Assembly: GCA_035390885.1 (NCBI GenBank)
Contig: DAOOUW010000002.1
Span: 12,092 to 76,091, forward strand
Origin: Bacteroidota bacterium
GTDB taxonomy: Bacteria; Bacteroidota; Ignavibacteria; UBA10030
Direction of reading: 5' to 3'
Length of the DNA: 64,000 bases
The position numbers and the translations under genes were made by a program. The notes under the pieces were generated by a model, which worked only from the letters and a program-made list of their open reading frames with translations, had not been told where the DNA came from and searched no databases. Positions 38,147-47,602 of this stretch are shown here, piece after piece (position 1 is the stretch's first letter; each line of letters begins with the position of its first letter).

Positions 38147-39142
38147 GTGAACATCGGTAAAATACATATTGAAAAACCGCTAGCTCTTGCACCAATGGAA
38201 AATATAACGGATTTACCTTTCCGTCTTGTGTGCAAAGAACTTGGCGCTGATATAGTGTATACAGAATTTGTCAATACAGAAGGATTGGTGCGCAATTCCG
38301 ATAAAACAAAGCTTAAAATGAATTTTTTCGAGGAAGAACGACCTTTTGGAATACAACTCTACGGCGGCAATCCAGATACAATGCATCGAGCAGCTGTTAT
38401 GGCAGCCGAGTTGCAACCGGATATCATTGACATTAACTGCGGTTGCTGGGTAAAAAATGTTGTCAAAAATGGAGCCGGCTCTGATTTACTTCGTGATCTT
38501 CCAAGAATGGAAAATATTATTAAAGCGGTTGTTTCTGCTACAAATATTCCTGTTACTGTAAAAACACGATTGGGATGGGATTCTGATAATATCTGTATCA
38601 TTGATGTTGCCAAAATTGTTGAACAAGCTGGCGCACAGGCTTTAACGATCCATTGTCGTACGAGGACTCAAGCACATCAAGGCGAACCTGATTTTTCCTG
38701 GATTGCAAAAGTAAAACAGGTGGTATCAATTCCAGTGATTGCGAACGGCTCTATTGACACACCAGAGAAGGTAAAAAAAATATTTGATGAAACTGGATGC
38801 GATGGAATTATGATTGGTCGTGGTGCAATTTACAATCCATGGATTTTTCAACAATCAAAGGACTATTTACAACAAGAAAAAGAAGTTGTAGAGCCGAGCT
38901 TTGAGGAACGATTGAGGGTTTTACTAAGACATTTGTACCTTGCAGTGCAAGTTAAAGGTGAACGAAGAGGCGTAATTGAATTTAGAAAGCACTATAGCGG
39001 ATACCTCAAAGGATTCCCTAATGTTGCAAAAATTCGGCAGGAAGCGATGCAATATACAGAACTCGAGCCTTTAGTTGGTATGTTAATGTCATATAAAGAA
39101 ACTTTAGCTAAGTCAAACCGTCAGTATATTTCCGTTATATAA
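38147..39142 (+). CDS. dusB: tRNA-dihydrouridine synthase
   Basis: LALAPMENITDLPFRLVCKELGADIVYTEF, DINCGC and IANGSI motifs. GTG start. Confidence 0.9.
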   Translation: MNIGKIHIEKPLALAPMENITDLPFRLVCKELGADIVYTEFVNTEGLVRNSDKTKLKMNFFEEERPFGIQLYGGNPDTMHRAAVMAAELQPDIIDINCGCWVKNVVKNGAGSDLLRDLPRMENIIKAVVSATNIPVTVKTRLGWDSDNICIIDVAKIVEQAGAQALTIHCRTRTQAHQGEPDFSWIAKVKQVVSIPVIANGSIDTPEKVKKIFDETGCDGIMIGRGAIYNPWIFQQSKDYLQQEKEVVEPSFEERLRVLLRHLYLAVQVKGERRGVIEFRKHYSGYLKGFPNVAKIRQEAMQYTELEPLVGMLMSYKETLAKSNRQYISVI

Positions 39143-39147
39143 GCAAG

Positions 39148-40896
39148 ATGGATAAACAACAAATCGCAGATACGTTAGATACTATTGGTACATTATTAGA
39201 ATTAAAAGGTGAAAATCCTTTTAGAACAAGAGCTTATCATAATGCAGCTCAAGCAATTCGTAATATCAATGAGGATATTGATCAATATATCGAAAATCGA
39301 ACATTGACCTCAATTAAAGGGATAGGGAAAGATCTCGCTGACAAAATTACAGAAATTGCTTTAACAGGAGATTCTAACCAATTAAAAGAATTGAAGAAGC
39401 AATTCCCTGATGGTGTGCTTGCCATGCTTCGCATACCAGGTTTAGGTCCCAAAAAGGTAAAACTACTATTCGATGAATTACATATTTCATCCATTGAACA
39501 GCTCAAAGATGCCTGCCAAAAACATATTTTGAGAGATATAAAGGGATTAGGTCCAAAAACCGAAGAAAATATTTTAGCTGGAATTGAGCAAATAAATAAA
39601 TCAGCAGGTAAATTCCTTTATAACGTTGCAAAGCAGGCTGCAGATGAAATTGTTTCTGTTATTGAGAAAGTAAATGGTGTAACTAAATACGAAATAGCTG
39701 GAAGTATTCGGCGAAGGAAAGAAATCATTGGCGATATAGATATTCTCGTTAGCACTCAGCCCAAAACAGTCGAAAAGGTATTCGATGCATTTGTTCAACA
39801 TCCTTTAATTCAAAAAGTAATTGCTCGTGGTTCTACAAAAGCTTCGGCAGTACTCAAGAATAACATTCAATGCGATGTAAGAGTTATTGAAAATAAAGAA
39901 TTTCCATTTGCATTACAATATTTTACAGGAAGCAAAGAGCATAATGTAGAAATTCGATCTCGCGCCAAAAAATATGGCTGGAGCCTAAATGAGTACGGTT
40001 TTACTCGAATTAAAGATTCAACATCTCAAAAGAAAATCCCAAAGTGTAATTCTGAAAAAGATATTTACACTGCACTCGATTTACAATATATTCCACCAGA
40101 ATTAAGGGAAAATATGGGAGAAATTGAGGAAGCTGAAAAAGGACGTATTCCATTGTTAATTGAGAATTCGGATATAAATGGCGCTTTCCACTGTCACACA
40201 ACTTATAGCGATGGAGCGTTAACCCCAGAAGAATTACTTAAAGTCGCTAAATCTAATAGATGGAAATTTATCGGGATAGCTGACCACAGCAAATCTGCTG
40301 CTTATGCTGGCGGAATGAGTATAGAAACTGCAAAAGAACAAATCCAACACTTACGCCATCTTGCAAAGTCTAACAACGATATTAAGCTCTTTATTGGCGT
40401 GGAATGCGATATATTACCGGATGGCAATCTTGATTATCCAGATTCTTTACTTGCACAATATGATTATGTTATCGTATCCATACATAGCAAATTTAAGATG
40501 AGCGAAGACGAGGCAACTCATAGAATTTGCAAAGCATTACAGCATCCATTTGCCACAATCCTCGGACATCCAACCGGACGTCTCTTGCTTGAGCGCGAAG
40601 GTTATCCACTCGACATTAAAGCTGTTATTGATACTGCCTCGAAACATCGCAAGCTAATCGAGATCAATTCTCACCCTATGAGATTGGATTTAGACTGGCG
40701 ATGGCTTCGCTATGCAAAAGAAAAGGGGTTACTTCTTTGTATAAATCCGGATGCCCACAATGCAGAAGGTTTGAAGGATGTTGAATATGGCGTTGGAATT
40801 GCACGCAAAGGTTGGCTCGAGCCTCGGAATGTTATCAACACATGGACTAATACTCAAATTGAATCACTATTGATTTCACTGAAAAAGGGAGAATAG
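39148..40896 (+). CDS. polX: Family X DNA polymerase with C-terminal PHP phosphoesterase domain
   Basis: HhH motifs (IKGIGKDLADKI, IPGLGPKKV, IKGLGPKTE), nucleotidyltransferase motif GSIRRRKEIIGDIDILV, and PHP motif HCHTTYSDG...ADHS. 582 aa. Confidence 0.9.
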   Translation: MDKQQIADTLDTIGTLLELKGENPFRTRAYHNAAQAIRNINEDIDQYIENRTLTSIKGIGKDLADKITEIALTGDSNQLKELKKQFPDGVLAMLRIPGLGPKKVKLLFDELHISSIEQLKDACQKHILRDIKGLGPKTEENILAGIEQINKSAGKFLYNVAKQAADEIVSVIEKVNGVTKYEIAGSIRRRKEIIGDIDILVSTQPKTVEKVFDAFVQHPLIQKVIARGSTKASAVLKNNIQCDVRVIENKEFPFALQYFTGSKEHNVEIRSRAKKYGWSLNEYGFTRIKDSTSQKKIPKCNSEKDIYTALDLQYIPPELRENMGEIEEAEKGRIPLLIENSDINGAFHCHTTYSDGALTPEELLKVAKSNRWKFIGIADHSKSAAYAGGMSIETAKEQIQHLRHLAKSNNDIKLFIGVECDILPDGNLDYPDSLLAQYDYVIVSIHSKFKMSEDEATHRICKALQHPFATILGHPTGRLLLEREGYPLDIKAVIDTASKHRKLIEINSHPMRLDLDWRWLRYAKEKGLLLCINPDAHNAEGLKDVEYGVGIARKGWLEPRNVINTWTNTQIESLLISLKKGE

Positions 40897-40898
40897 GT

Positions 40899-41807
40899 AT
40901 GGAACAGCCTCAAACGAACAATAAACCATTCTTTGAAATATTATTATGTCATTTTGTGCCAGAGAGCATACAATGGAACGATTATGTCAACACACTAATT
41001 GACTTCTATAATTCTATCACTCAATGGTTTACTAACTACGTTCAAACTCAGCAGCAACAACAATCGGATAATTGCCACAAAGCAGCTAAATTGCTTCAGT
41101 CAGATTTATCTGAATTTTTATCGCTGCCGTTACGTTCCGATGAAGAACAAATTCAGGAAATTATTGCTGGACAATTTCAGCAATTTAGCAATGAGATATT
41201 ATCACCTGAAGAATTATCAGTGAGCGGTTATAAATATATTCATCCTATAAATATTGATACTCACTTAAAGCAATGCTACAATCGTGATGAATTAAAATTG
41301 AAGAAGGCGCTTCCGCCCAAAATACAATCTCACACAGCCATTGACACTTGGTTTCGAGTTAGCAGGCTGGAAACATTTTTCTTACTCCAGCAAAATATTT
41401 ACAATGTTTTAAATGAGCAGTTTGCCCGCATCTTCAGCTCTTTGCTATATCCATCAGCTTCGATATTCTTTGAAATTCCTTCTTCAAATTATACTCAACG
41501 AAACAAATTTAGATTGAAAATTACAATAACGGTAAATGAACGATTTGGCTCATTTGTTCCAAAATTTTATGAAGCAATTGAAAAATCAGTGTTCAACAAC
41601 TTTACGATGACATTCTTACGTCCGAATGCATTGCCGTCAACAGCAAGAGATGAAATATTTCTTTTCGATGTAAGCGATAGGGAAGAGCTCAATCGACTTC
41701 GTGTCTCGTTGAGTGATTGCATATCGTCGCTACACAAAATGAAAATTCCGGTTTACCGTTTCATCAGCATACGTGAGACAGAAAAAATTGAGGAATCAAC
41801 TCTTTAA
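40899..41807 (+). CDS. Hypothetical protein (orphan, no recognisable domain)
   Basis: 302 aa, soluble, with a Gln run (QTQQQQQS). The ATG lies 2 nt after the polX stop, and its stop shares 1 nt with the nth ATG (TAATG). The coding call rests on length, coupling and strand context. Confidence 0.6.
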   Translation: MEQPQTNNKPFFEILLCHFVPESIQWNDYVNTLIDFYNSITQWFTNYVQTQQQQQSDNCHKAAKLLQSDLSEFLSLPLRSDEEQIQEIIAGQFQQFSNEILSPEELSVSGYKYIHPINIDTHLKQCYNRDELKLKKALPPKIQSHTAIDTWFRVSRLETFFLLQQNIYNVLNEQFARIFSSLLYPSASIFFEIPSSNYTQRNKFRLKITITVNERFGSFVPKFYEAIEKSVFNNFTMTFLRPNALPSTARDEIFLFDVSDREELNRLRVSLSDCISSLHKMKIPVYRFISIRETEKIEESTL

Positions 41808-42472
41808 TGGAATCCAGACAAAAAATTAAAAGTCGCGCTCAAAAAATATTAAAACGATTGGAACGAAACTATCCAGATGTAAAGACAGCGCTTCATTATT
41901 CAACTCCTTTTCAGTTGCTTGTCGCAACGATACTTTCGGCACAATGCACCGATGCACGGGTCAATATTGTTACGCCCTATCTTTTCGCAGAGTATCCTAC
42001 AATCGCCGATCTTGCAAATGCAAATCAACGGGATGTTGAGCGGATTATTCGGTCGACTGGTTTCTATCGAATGAAAGCAAAAAATATTATTGCCACAGCC
42101 AAAAAAATTATGGATGAATTCGGCGGTATAGTGCCATCAGAAATGGATGCTCTATTGAAGCTTCCGGGTGTTGGTCGCAAAACAGCAAATTGTATCTTAG
42201 GCGCAGCCTTTGGTAAAAATCAAGGCATTGTAGTCGATACCCACGTGCTTCGACTTTCAAACAGATTGGGATTAACATCGAACACCGATCCAAAAAAAGT
42301 TGAATTAGATTTAATGGATTGTATACCAAAGAGCAAGTGGTATGATTTTAGTAATTACCTAATTATCCATGGAAGAACCACTTGCCATTCACGGAAACCA
42401 CTTTGTGATAAGTGCTTTCTCAATGACCTATGTCCTAAACGAAATTATAGCAAGAAGAAAGGAATTGTATGA
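41807..42472 (+). CDS. nth: Endonuclease III (DNA glycosylase/AP lyase)
   Basis: HhH-GPD motif LPGVGRKTANCIL...VDTHV and Fe-S cluster loop C-x6-C-x2-C-x5-C (CHSRKPLCDKCFLNDLC). Confidence 0.93.
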   Translation: MESRQKIKSRAQKILKRLERNYPDVKTALHYSTPFQLLVATILSAQCTDARVNIVTPYLFAEYPTIADLANANQRDVERIIRSTGFYRMKAKNIIATAKKIMDEFGGIVPSEMDALLKLPGVGRKTANCILGAAFGKNQGIVVDTHVLRLSNRLGLTSNTDPKKVELDLMDCIPKSKWYDFSNYLIIHGRTTCHSRKPLCDKCFLNDLCPKRNYSKKKGIV

Positions 42473-43017
42473 CTTACAATGGAGCTTTAGAATTACTGCA
42501 CAACTATGTGGAATCCGATGCACTGCGAAAACATATGTATGCGGTTGAAAGCGCTATGAGAGCTTACGCCAAAAAATTTAACGAAGACGATGAGAAGTGG
42601 GCAATTACTGGACTCCTTCACGATTTCGATTATGAACGGTACCCGAATGCACCAGATCACCCTTTGAAAGGCGCTGAAATTCTTCGGCAACATAATTACC
42701 CTGAAGATGTTATCACAGCGATCCTTGGGCACGCCACTTATACAAATGTGGCTCGTGAATCCCTGATGGCGAAGACGCTCTATGCTTGCGATGAACTATG
42801 CGGATTTATCCATGCTGTAGCAATCATTCGACCGAATAAACTTGCTGACTTAGAAGTGTCATCTGTAAAGAAGAAACTCAAAGATAAAGGCTTTGCAAGA
42901 AACATTAGCAGAGAAGATATCAATAACGGGATTCAAGAACTACAAATTCCACTCGATGAACATATCCTGTTTGTTATCGAAGCAATGAAACAAAATAAAG
43001 AACGATTAGGGCTATAA
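42469..43017 (+). CDS. HD-domain phosphohydrolase
   Basis: HMYAVE...GLLHDFDYERYP...HPLKGAEIL...ILGHA carries the H..HD..H..D pattern. ATGA overlap with nth. Confidence 0.8.
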   Translation: MTYNGALELLHNYVESDALRKHMYAVESAMRAYAKKFNEDDEKWAITGLLHDFDYERYPNAPDHPLKGAEILRQHNYPEDVITAILGHATYTNVARESLMAKTLYACDELCGFIHAVAIIRPNKLADLEVSSVKKKLKDKGFARNISREDINNGIQELQIPLDEHILFVIEAMKQNKERLGL

Positions 43018-43022
43018 ATTTT

Positions 43023-43694
43023 ATGCTACCAATCAAAGACATCAATCCACGACGCCGTTTCCCAATAGTCAACATTACAATAATTCTTTTAAATTGTCTC
43101 TTCTTTATATTCGAACTAAAGCTCGGACCAAGATTAGAGCAATTCATTATGTACTATGGACTTATCCCAGCGAACGTTACAACTGCTGTCATTGCTGGTA
43201 CGCTGCCGCTTAACATCATTGTGCAATTTTTTTCATCAATATTTTTACACGGCGGGTGGATGCATTTAATTGGCAACATGCTCTTTCTCTGGATATTTGG
43301 AGATAACGTTGAAGACAAGCTCGGACATGGGCGATATTTATTTTTTTACTTATCGGCTGGCGTTGTTGCATCGATTGTACACATCATTGTTGCTCCATAT
43401 TCACCGCTACCGACAATTGGGGCAAGTGGAGCTATTGCAGGAGTCCTCGGCGCATATTTAATCTTGTTTCCACATGCAAGGGTACTTACTCTAATTCCAA
43501 TTTTTATCTTTATTCAAGTGGCAGAGCTACCAGCTTTTTTGTTAATTGTTCTGTGGTTTATTACTCAATTTTTGAACGGATTACTTTCATTAGGGATTCA
43601 ATCTGTTGATAGCGGAGGAGTAGCATGGTGGGCGCACATTGGAGGATTCATTTATGGCGTCGTGCTTGCAATTCCTTTGAGGAAATACAGGTAA
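43023..43694 (+). CDS. Rhomboid family intramembrane serine protease
   Basis: HGGWMHLIGNMLFLWIFG, catalytic GASGAIAG, and His in WWAHIGGFIYG. Six TM segments. Confidence 0.85.
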   Translation: MLPIKDINPRRRFPIVNITIILLNCLFFIFELKLGPRLEQFIMYYGLIPANVTTAVIAGTLPLNIIVQFFSSIFLHGGWMHLIGNMLFLWIFGDNVEDKLGHGRYLFFYLSAGVVASIVHIIVAPYSPLPTIGASGAIAGVLGAYLILFPHARVLTLIPIFIFIQVAELPAFLLIVLWFITQFLNGLLSLGIQSVDSGGVAWWAHIGGFIYGVVLAIPLRKYR

Positions 43695-43739
43695 TTTTTT
43701 AAGGAAACACGGCTTTGAAGCAAAATGAATAAATTAGGA

Positions 43740-43768
43740 TTGAAAATAATTGCTAAGGGTTGTATATT
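43740..43768 (+). promoter_or_regulatory. Putative sigma-70-type promoter for ssrA
   Basis: TTGAAA (43740-43745), a 17-nt spacer, then TATATT (43763-43768) preceded by TG. It lies 14 nt upstream of the mature tmRNA 5' end, which fits a short RNase P-processed leader. Confidence 0.35.
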
Positions 43769-43782
43769 TAATATAACCCGTT

Positions 43783-44149
43783 GGGGGTGATTTGGCTTCG
43801 ACGGGGATGAGGATGCATAGAATTGCATACCGTGGTCACCGTGTCCACGTTAACAAAGCGGTAAAACAATAAGTGCCAATTACGATTACGCACTGGCTGC
43901 CTAATTAAAATAGGCAACCCGTCGCTTATAGGTTCGCTCATCGGCCTGTAAGACGACGTCGCTTAGATGAGCTAATCTTCGGATATTCTCAGGATTCGAA
44001 GATGAACACACCTAAAGTGTGATACTGAGATGGTGCAGGGTCAATCCTGTTCACCGGAGTTTCCTTGCACGAGAACCAAAGGTGGACTATGTATGTAGAA
44101 GTTCTATGGGTCTTCTCTTCGGACCGGGGTTCGAATCCCCGCACCTCCA
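43783..44149 (+). ncRNA. ssrA: Transfer-messenger RNA (tmRNA)
   Basis: - The 5' GGGGGUGAUUUGGCUUCGACGGGG pairs with the 3' ...CACCUCC-A to form an acceptor stem that includes a G3:U wobble.
- T-arm GGGGUUCGAAUCCCC at 44126-44140.
- An internal tag ORF ends in YALAA-TAA.
- The 3' CCA is not encoded. Confidence 0.9.
43875..43904 (+). other. tmRNA tag-peptide reading frame (A)NYDYALAA-stop
   Basis: GCC AAT TAC GAT TAC GCA CTG GCT GCC TAA. The C-terminal YALAA is the canonical degradation tag end. The exact resume codon is not certain. Confidence 0.6.
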
Positions 44150-44190
44150 CGATTCAATGGAACCTTTAGCAGACCTTCCAGGAAAAAATT

Positions 44191-45024
44191 ATGGGCAAAA
44201 TGAAAATTCAATTTACGAAAATGACCGGCGCAGGAAACGACTTTATTGTTATTGACGACCGTGAAAACAAGCTTAAGAGCCCATCTCGTCTAGCGTTTAA
44301 ACTTTGTGATAGACGATGGGGAATTGGCGCAGATGGCTTAATACTTCTACGAAATCATCCTCGAGCTTATTATGAAATGAAATACTACAACGCAGATGGT
44401 AGCTATGGTGGAATGTGTGGAAATGGCGGTCGTTGTATTGCTTATTATGCTATTTTGCACAAAATAGCGCCACCAAAGCACGATTTTGTTTCAGTGAATC
44501 ACATTTATAAAGCCGAATCACTTGGTAATAATAAAATTGCGCTCTTAATGAAAGATCCTACTCGTATTAAATTAAAACAAAAGCTATTTATTCCTGAATT
44601 GAATCATCACATTACATATAATTTTATTGATACTGGCGCACCGCACGTTGTAATCGACATCAATGAATTTCCAATGTTTACCTTTGAAAATATCGAGATC
44701 GAAAAAATTGGAAGATTGATTCGATTCCATAAAGAATTCAAACCTGAAGGCGCCAATGTAAATATCATTGAACGAAAGGGTTCAAGAATCCATATTCGAA
44801 CTTATGAGCGAGGTGTCGAGGCTGAAACTTTAGCTTGTGGAACAGGTAGTATTGCCGCAGGAATCGTTGCACATTTGCTCTGGGGAATCAGTTCGCCGGT
44901 GATATTGATACCGAAAAGTAAAAGGACATTGCAAGTATCGTTTACCTCAAATAAAGGCAAAATTTCTCGAATACGATTGATTGGTCCTGCAGAAGTAGCT
45001 TTTACGGGTACTATGGAAGTTTGA
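44191..45024 (+). CDS. dapF: Diaminopimelate epimerase
   Basis: FTKMTGAGNDF and the two catalytic Cys motifs MCGNGGRC and ACGTGS. 277 aa. Confidence 0.93.
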   Translation: MGKMKIQFTKMTGAGNDFIVIDDRENKLKSPSRLAFKLCDRRWGIGADGLILLRNHPRAYYEMKYYNADGSYGGMCGNGGRCIAYYAILHKIAPPKHDFVSVNHIYKAESLGNNKIALLMKDPTRIKLKQKLFIPELNHHITYNFIDTGAPHVVIDINEFPMFTFENIEIEKIGRLIRFHKEFKPEGANVNIIERKGSRIHIRTYERGVEAETLACGTGSIAAGIVAHLLWGISSPVILIPKSKRTLQVSFTSNKGKISRIRLIGPAEVAFTGTMEV

Positions 45025-45319
45025 TGCAACTTAATTGGATATTCTTATTTTAGATATAATACATATTATGTTGAATTGTATGTAAGATTCTTTTACTACT
45101 GGTAACCACGTATCTATTCTCACAAACATCTTATTGCTCCCTTCTCTATTCACTGAATTCTGATTTTAATCTTATTATTTCATCGAAAAGAATTCAAAAA
45201 TCGGTGGACTCGACACAAACTATTTCTAACTCGCTTACAGAAATGGTATATCTAAGCAACAGTTGTTGCGGGCTTCTAAGGAATAATCCGGGTTAAGTTA
45301 GTATTGAGTTGCATTTAAG

Positions 45320-47572
45320 TTATGATGCGATCAACCGCTCTATTGCATTTGAGTATGCTTCTTCAGCTCTTTCAACTTCTACGGATATATAATCGTTAAC
45401 CATAAACTTACGGGAATCTGTAACTGTACCAATAAGCTGGATGTGTATATTATGTTTATGCGCTAGCTCTTTCATTCTATCAATGATTTCGTTTGAGTTG
45501 GCAGTACTTACTACAATTCGAGATTGTGATTCACCAAAGAAGGCAAAATCAGGTCTATTGCTATCGAAATGGTATTTTATCGTAGCGCCGAGCTGATGAT
45601 TTCCAAATAATGATTCGGCAATGGTAACAAGCAATCCACCATCAGATACATCGTGAGCAGACTTCAAGAGATGGCGCTTATTCATTGTTAATAAACAAGA
45701 TTGAAGATTTTTTTCATAATTTAAATCAATATCAGGTGCATTACCTAAAGCTTGTCCATTGCACATCATTAAATATTCCGAGCCACCAATTTCACACCTA
45801 TTAATTCCAAGTTCCCAGATTAAATCGCCTGCCATTTTAAAATTACTATCAAGGAAAAGATTTACATCATCTAAAATTCCGAGCATCCCTATTACTGGCG
45901 TAGGATAAATTATATCGTCAACACTTTCATTATAAAAGCTTACATTTCCACCAGTTACAGGCGTTTCTAAAACTATACATGCATCGCTAATACCACCAAC
46001 AGCTTCTGCAAATTGCCAGTAAACTTCCGGATCATACGGATTTCCAAAGTTAAGGCAATTCGTAATTGCTATTGGAAGCGCTCCAACACAAACAACATTT
46101 CGAGCCGATTCTGCAACAGCAATTTGTCCACCACGTCGAGGATTAAGATATGTATATCGTCCATTGCCATCAGTTTTTAATGCTAATGCCTTTGTAGTGC
46201 CTTTAATTCTTACAATAGCAGCATCACCCGAGCCGTGAAGAATCGTGTTCGTCCGAACCTGACCATCATATTGCTCAAATACCCATTGTTTACTTGCAAT
46301 TGATGAACGACCCAGCATATCAAGAAATACCTGATTATAATTTGTTATTTCAGGTAAAGATAATGGATTAAATTGATGAACTTTCTTAAGATAATCAGGT
46401 TCTTTCCGTTCCCGAATATAAACAGGCGCATCTCCGCCAAGTACTAAACTTTTTGCAGGAACATTAGCCACAACATTCTTCCCTACTCGCACTGTTACAT
46501 AGCCAGAATCATTAACTACTCCTATAGCTTCAGCTTCTAAGTCCCATTTCTTAAAGATGTTAACAACATCATTCTCATGTCCTTTTTTAATAACAAAAAG
46601 CATTCGTTCCTGAGATTCTGAAAGCATAATTTCATACGGTGTCATCTCGTCTTCGCGCAAAGGAACCTTTTCAAGATCGATTTCCATTCCAGTATTTGCA
46701 CGAGCGCTCATTTCTGTTGTGCTGCAGGTAATTCCCGCAGCTCCCATATCCTGAACACCTACTACATAACCCGTTTTAATAGCTTCAAGTGTTGCCTCTA
46801 AGAGCAATTTTTCTTCGAATGGATCGCCAACCTGAACTGCAGGTCTCTTTGCCTCTGAGGCTGCTGAGATTTCTTCGGAAGCAAAAGTCGCTCCGTGTAT
46901 TCCATCTCGGCCTGTAGAAGAGCCCACTATCATTACTGTATTCCCTGCGCCTGATGCAGACGCTTTAGCAATTGATGAATGCTCTACAATCCCAACTGCC
47001 ATTGCATTTACCAATGGGTTAATCCGATAGCACGGATCAAAATATACTTCACCCGCTACTGTAGGTACTCCAAAGCTATTTCCATAATCTCCAATTCCTT
47101 TAACGATGTTCTTAAACAAATACTGTACACGTTTATCATCTAAATTTCCAAAGCGCAGAGAATTCAAGGCAGCAATTGGTCTTGCACCCATCGAGAAAAT
47201 ATCTCGTAAAATTCCTCCAACGCCAGTAGCAGCACCTTGATATGGCTCAATTGCCGACGGATGGTTATGACTTTCAATCTTAAAAGCTACTGCTAAACCG
47301 TCGCCAATGTCGATAAGCCCAGCATTTTCTTCGCCAGCGGTAACCAGAAGGTTTTTCCCAGATCGAGGTAAAGTTTTAATTAAAGCAATTGAATTTTTAT
47401 AACTACAATGCTCACTCCACATCACGCTATAAATTCCGAGTTCGGTATAGGTAGGAACTCTACCTAAAAATTTTATCATTAGATTATATTCATCTTCGGT
47501 TAACCCATGTTGAAGAGCTAATTCTAACGTAACCTTAGGTTCATCTTTTACTATTGGTCTATGCTTTAACAT
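45320..47572 (-). CDS. purL: Phosphoribosylformylglycinamidine synthase subunit PurL (FGAM synthase II)
   Basis: 750 aa. [34 protein letters not shown] and duplicated AIR-synthase-like domains. Confidence 0.95.
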   Translation of the reverse strand: MLKHRPIVKDEPKVTLELALQHGLTEDEYNLMIKFLGRVPTYTELGIYSVMWSEHCSYKNSIALIKTLPRSGKNLLVTAGEENAGLIDIGDGLAVAFKIESHNHPSAIEPYQGAATGVGGILRDIFSMGARPIAALNSLRFGNLDDKRVQYLFKNIVKGIGDYGNSFGVPTVAGEVYFDPCYRINPLVNAMAVGIVEHSSIAKASASGAGNTVMIVGSSTGRDGIHGATFASEEISAASEAKRPAVQVGDPFEEKLLLEATLEAIKTGYVVGVQDMGAAGITCSTTEMSARANTGMEIDLEKVPLREDEMTPYEIMLSESQERMLFVIKKGHENDVVNIFKKWDLEAEAIGVVNDSGYVTVRVGKNVVANVPAKSLVLGGDAPVYIRERKEPDYLKKVHQFNPLSLPEITNYNQVFLDMLGRSSIASKQWVFEQYDGQVRTNTILHGSGDAAIVRIKGTTKALALKTDGNGRYTYLNPRRGGQIAVAESARNVVCVGALPIAITNCLNFGNPYDPEVYWQFAEAVGGISDACIVLETPVTGGNVSFYNESVDDIIYPTPVIGMLGILDDVNLFLDSNFKMAGDLIWELGINRCEIGGSEYLMMCNGQALGNAPDIDLNYEKNLQSCLLTMNKRHLLKSAHDVSDGGLLVTIAESLFGNHQLGATIKYHFDSNRPDFAFFGESQSRIVVSTANSNEIIDRMKELAHKHNIHIQLIGTVTDSRKFMVNDYISVEVERAEEAYSNAIERLIAS

Positions 47573-47602
47573 ATTATATTTCCGTAAGTTAAATCGTTGA
47601 TT

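Noticed and set aside
41040-41062. CAG/CAA run (QTQQQQQS) in the orphan gene, considered as a nucleotide repeat or slippage site
   Set aside because: It is only about six mixed CAG/CAA codons, not a homopolymeric or perfect tandem tract. It is more likely simple low complexity.
44019-44255. 78-aa ORF in the track between the rhomboid gene and dapF
   Set aside because: Most of it lies inside the tmRNA gene (43783-44149), including the T-arm, and it runs into dapF. It is a chance frame through a structured RNA.
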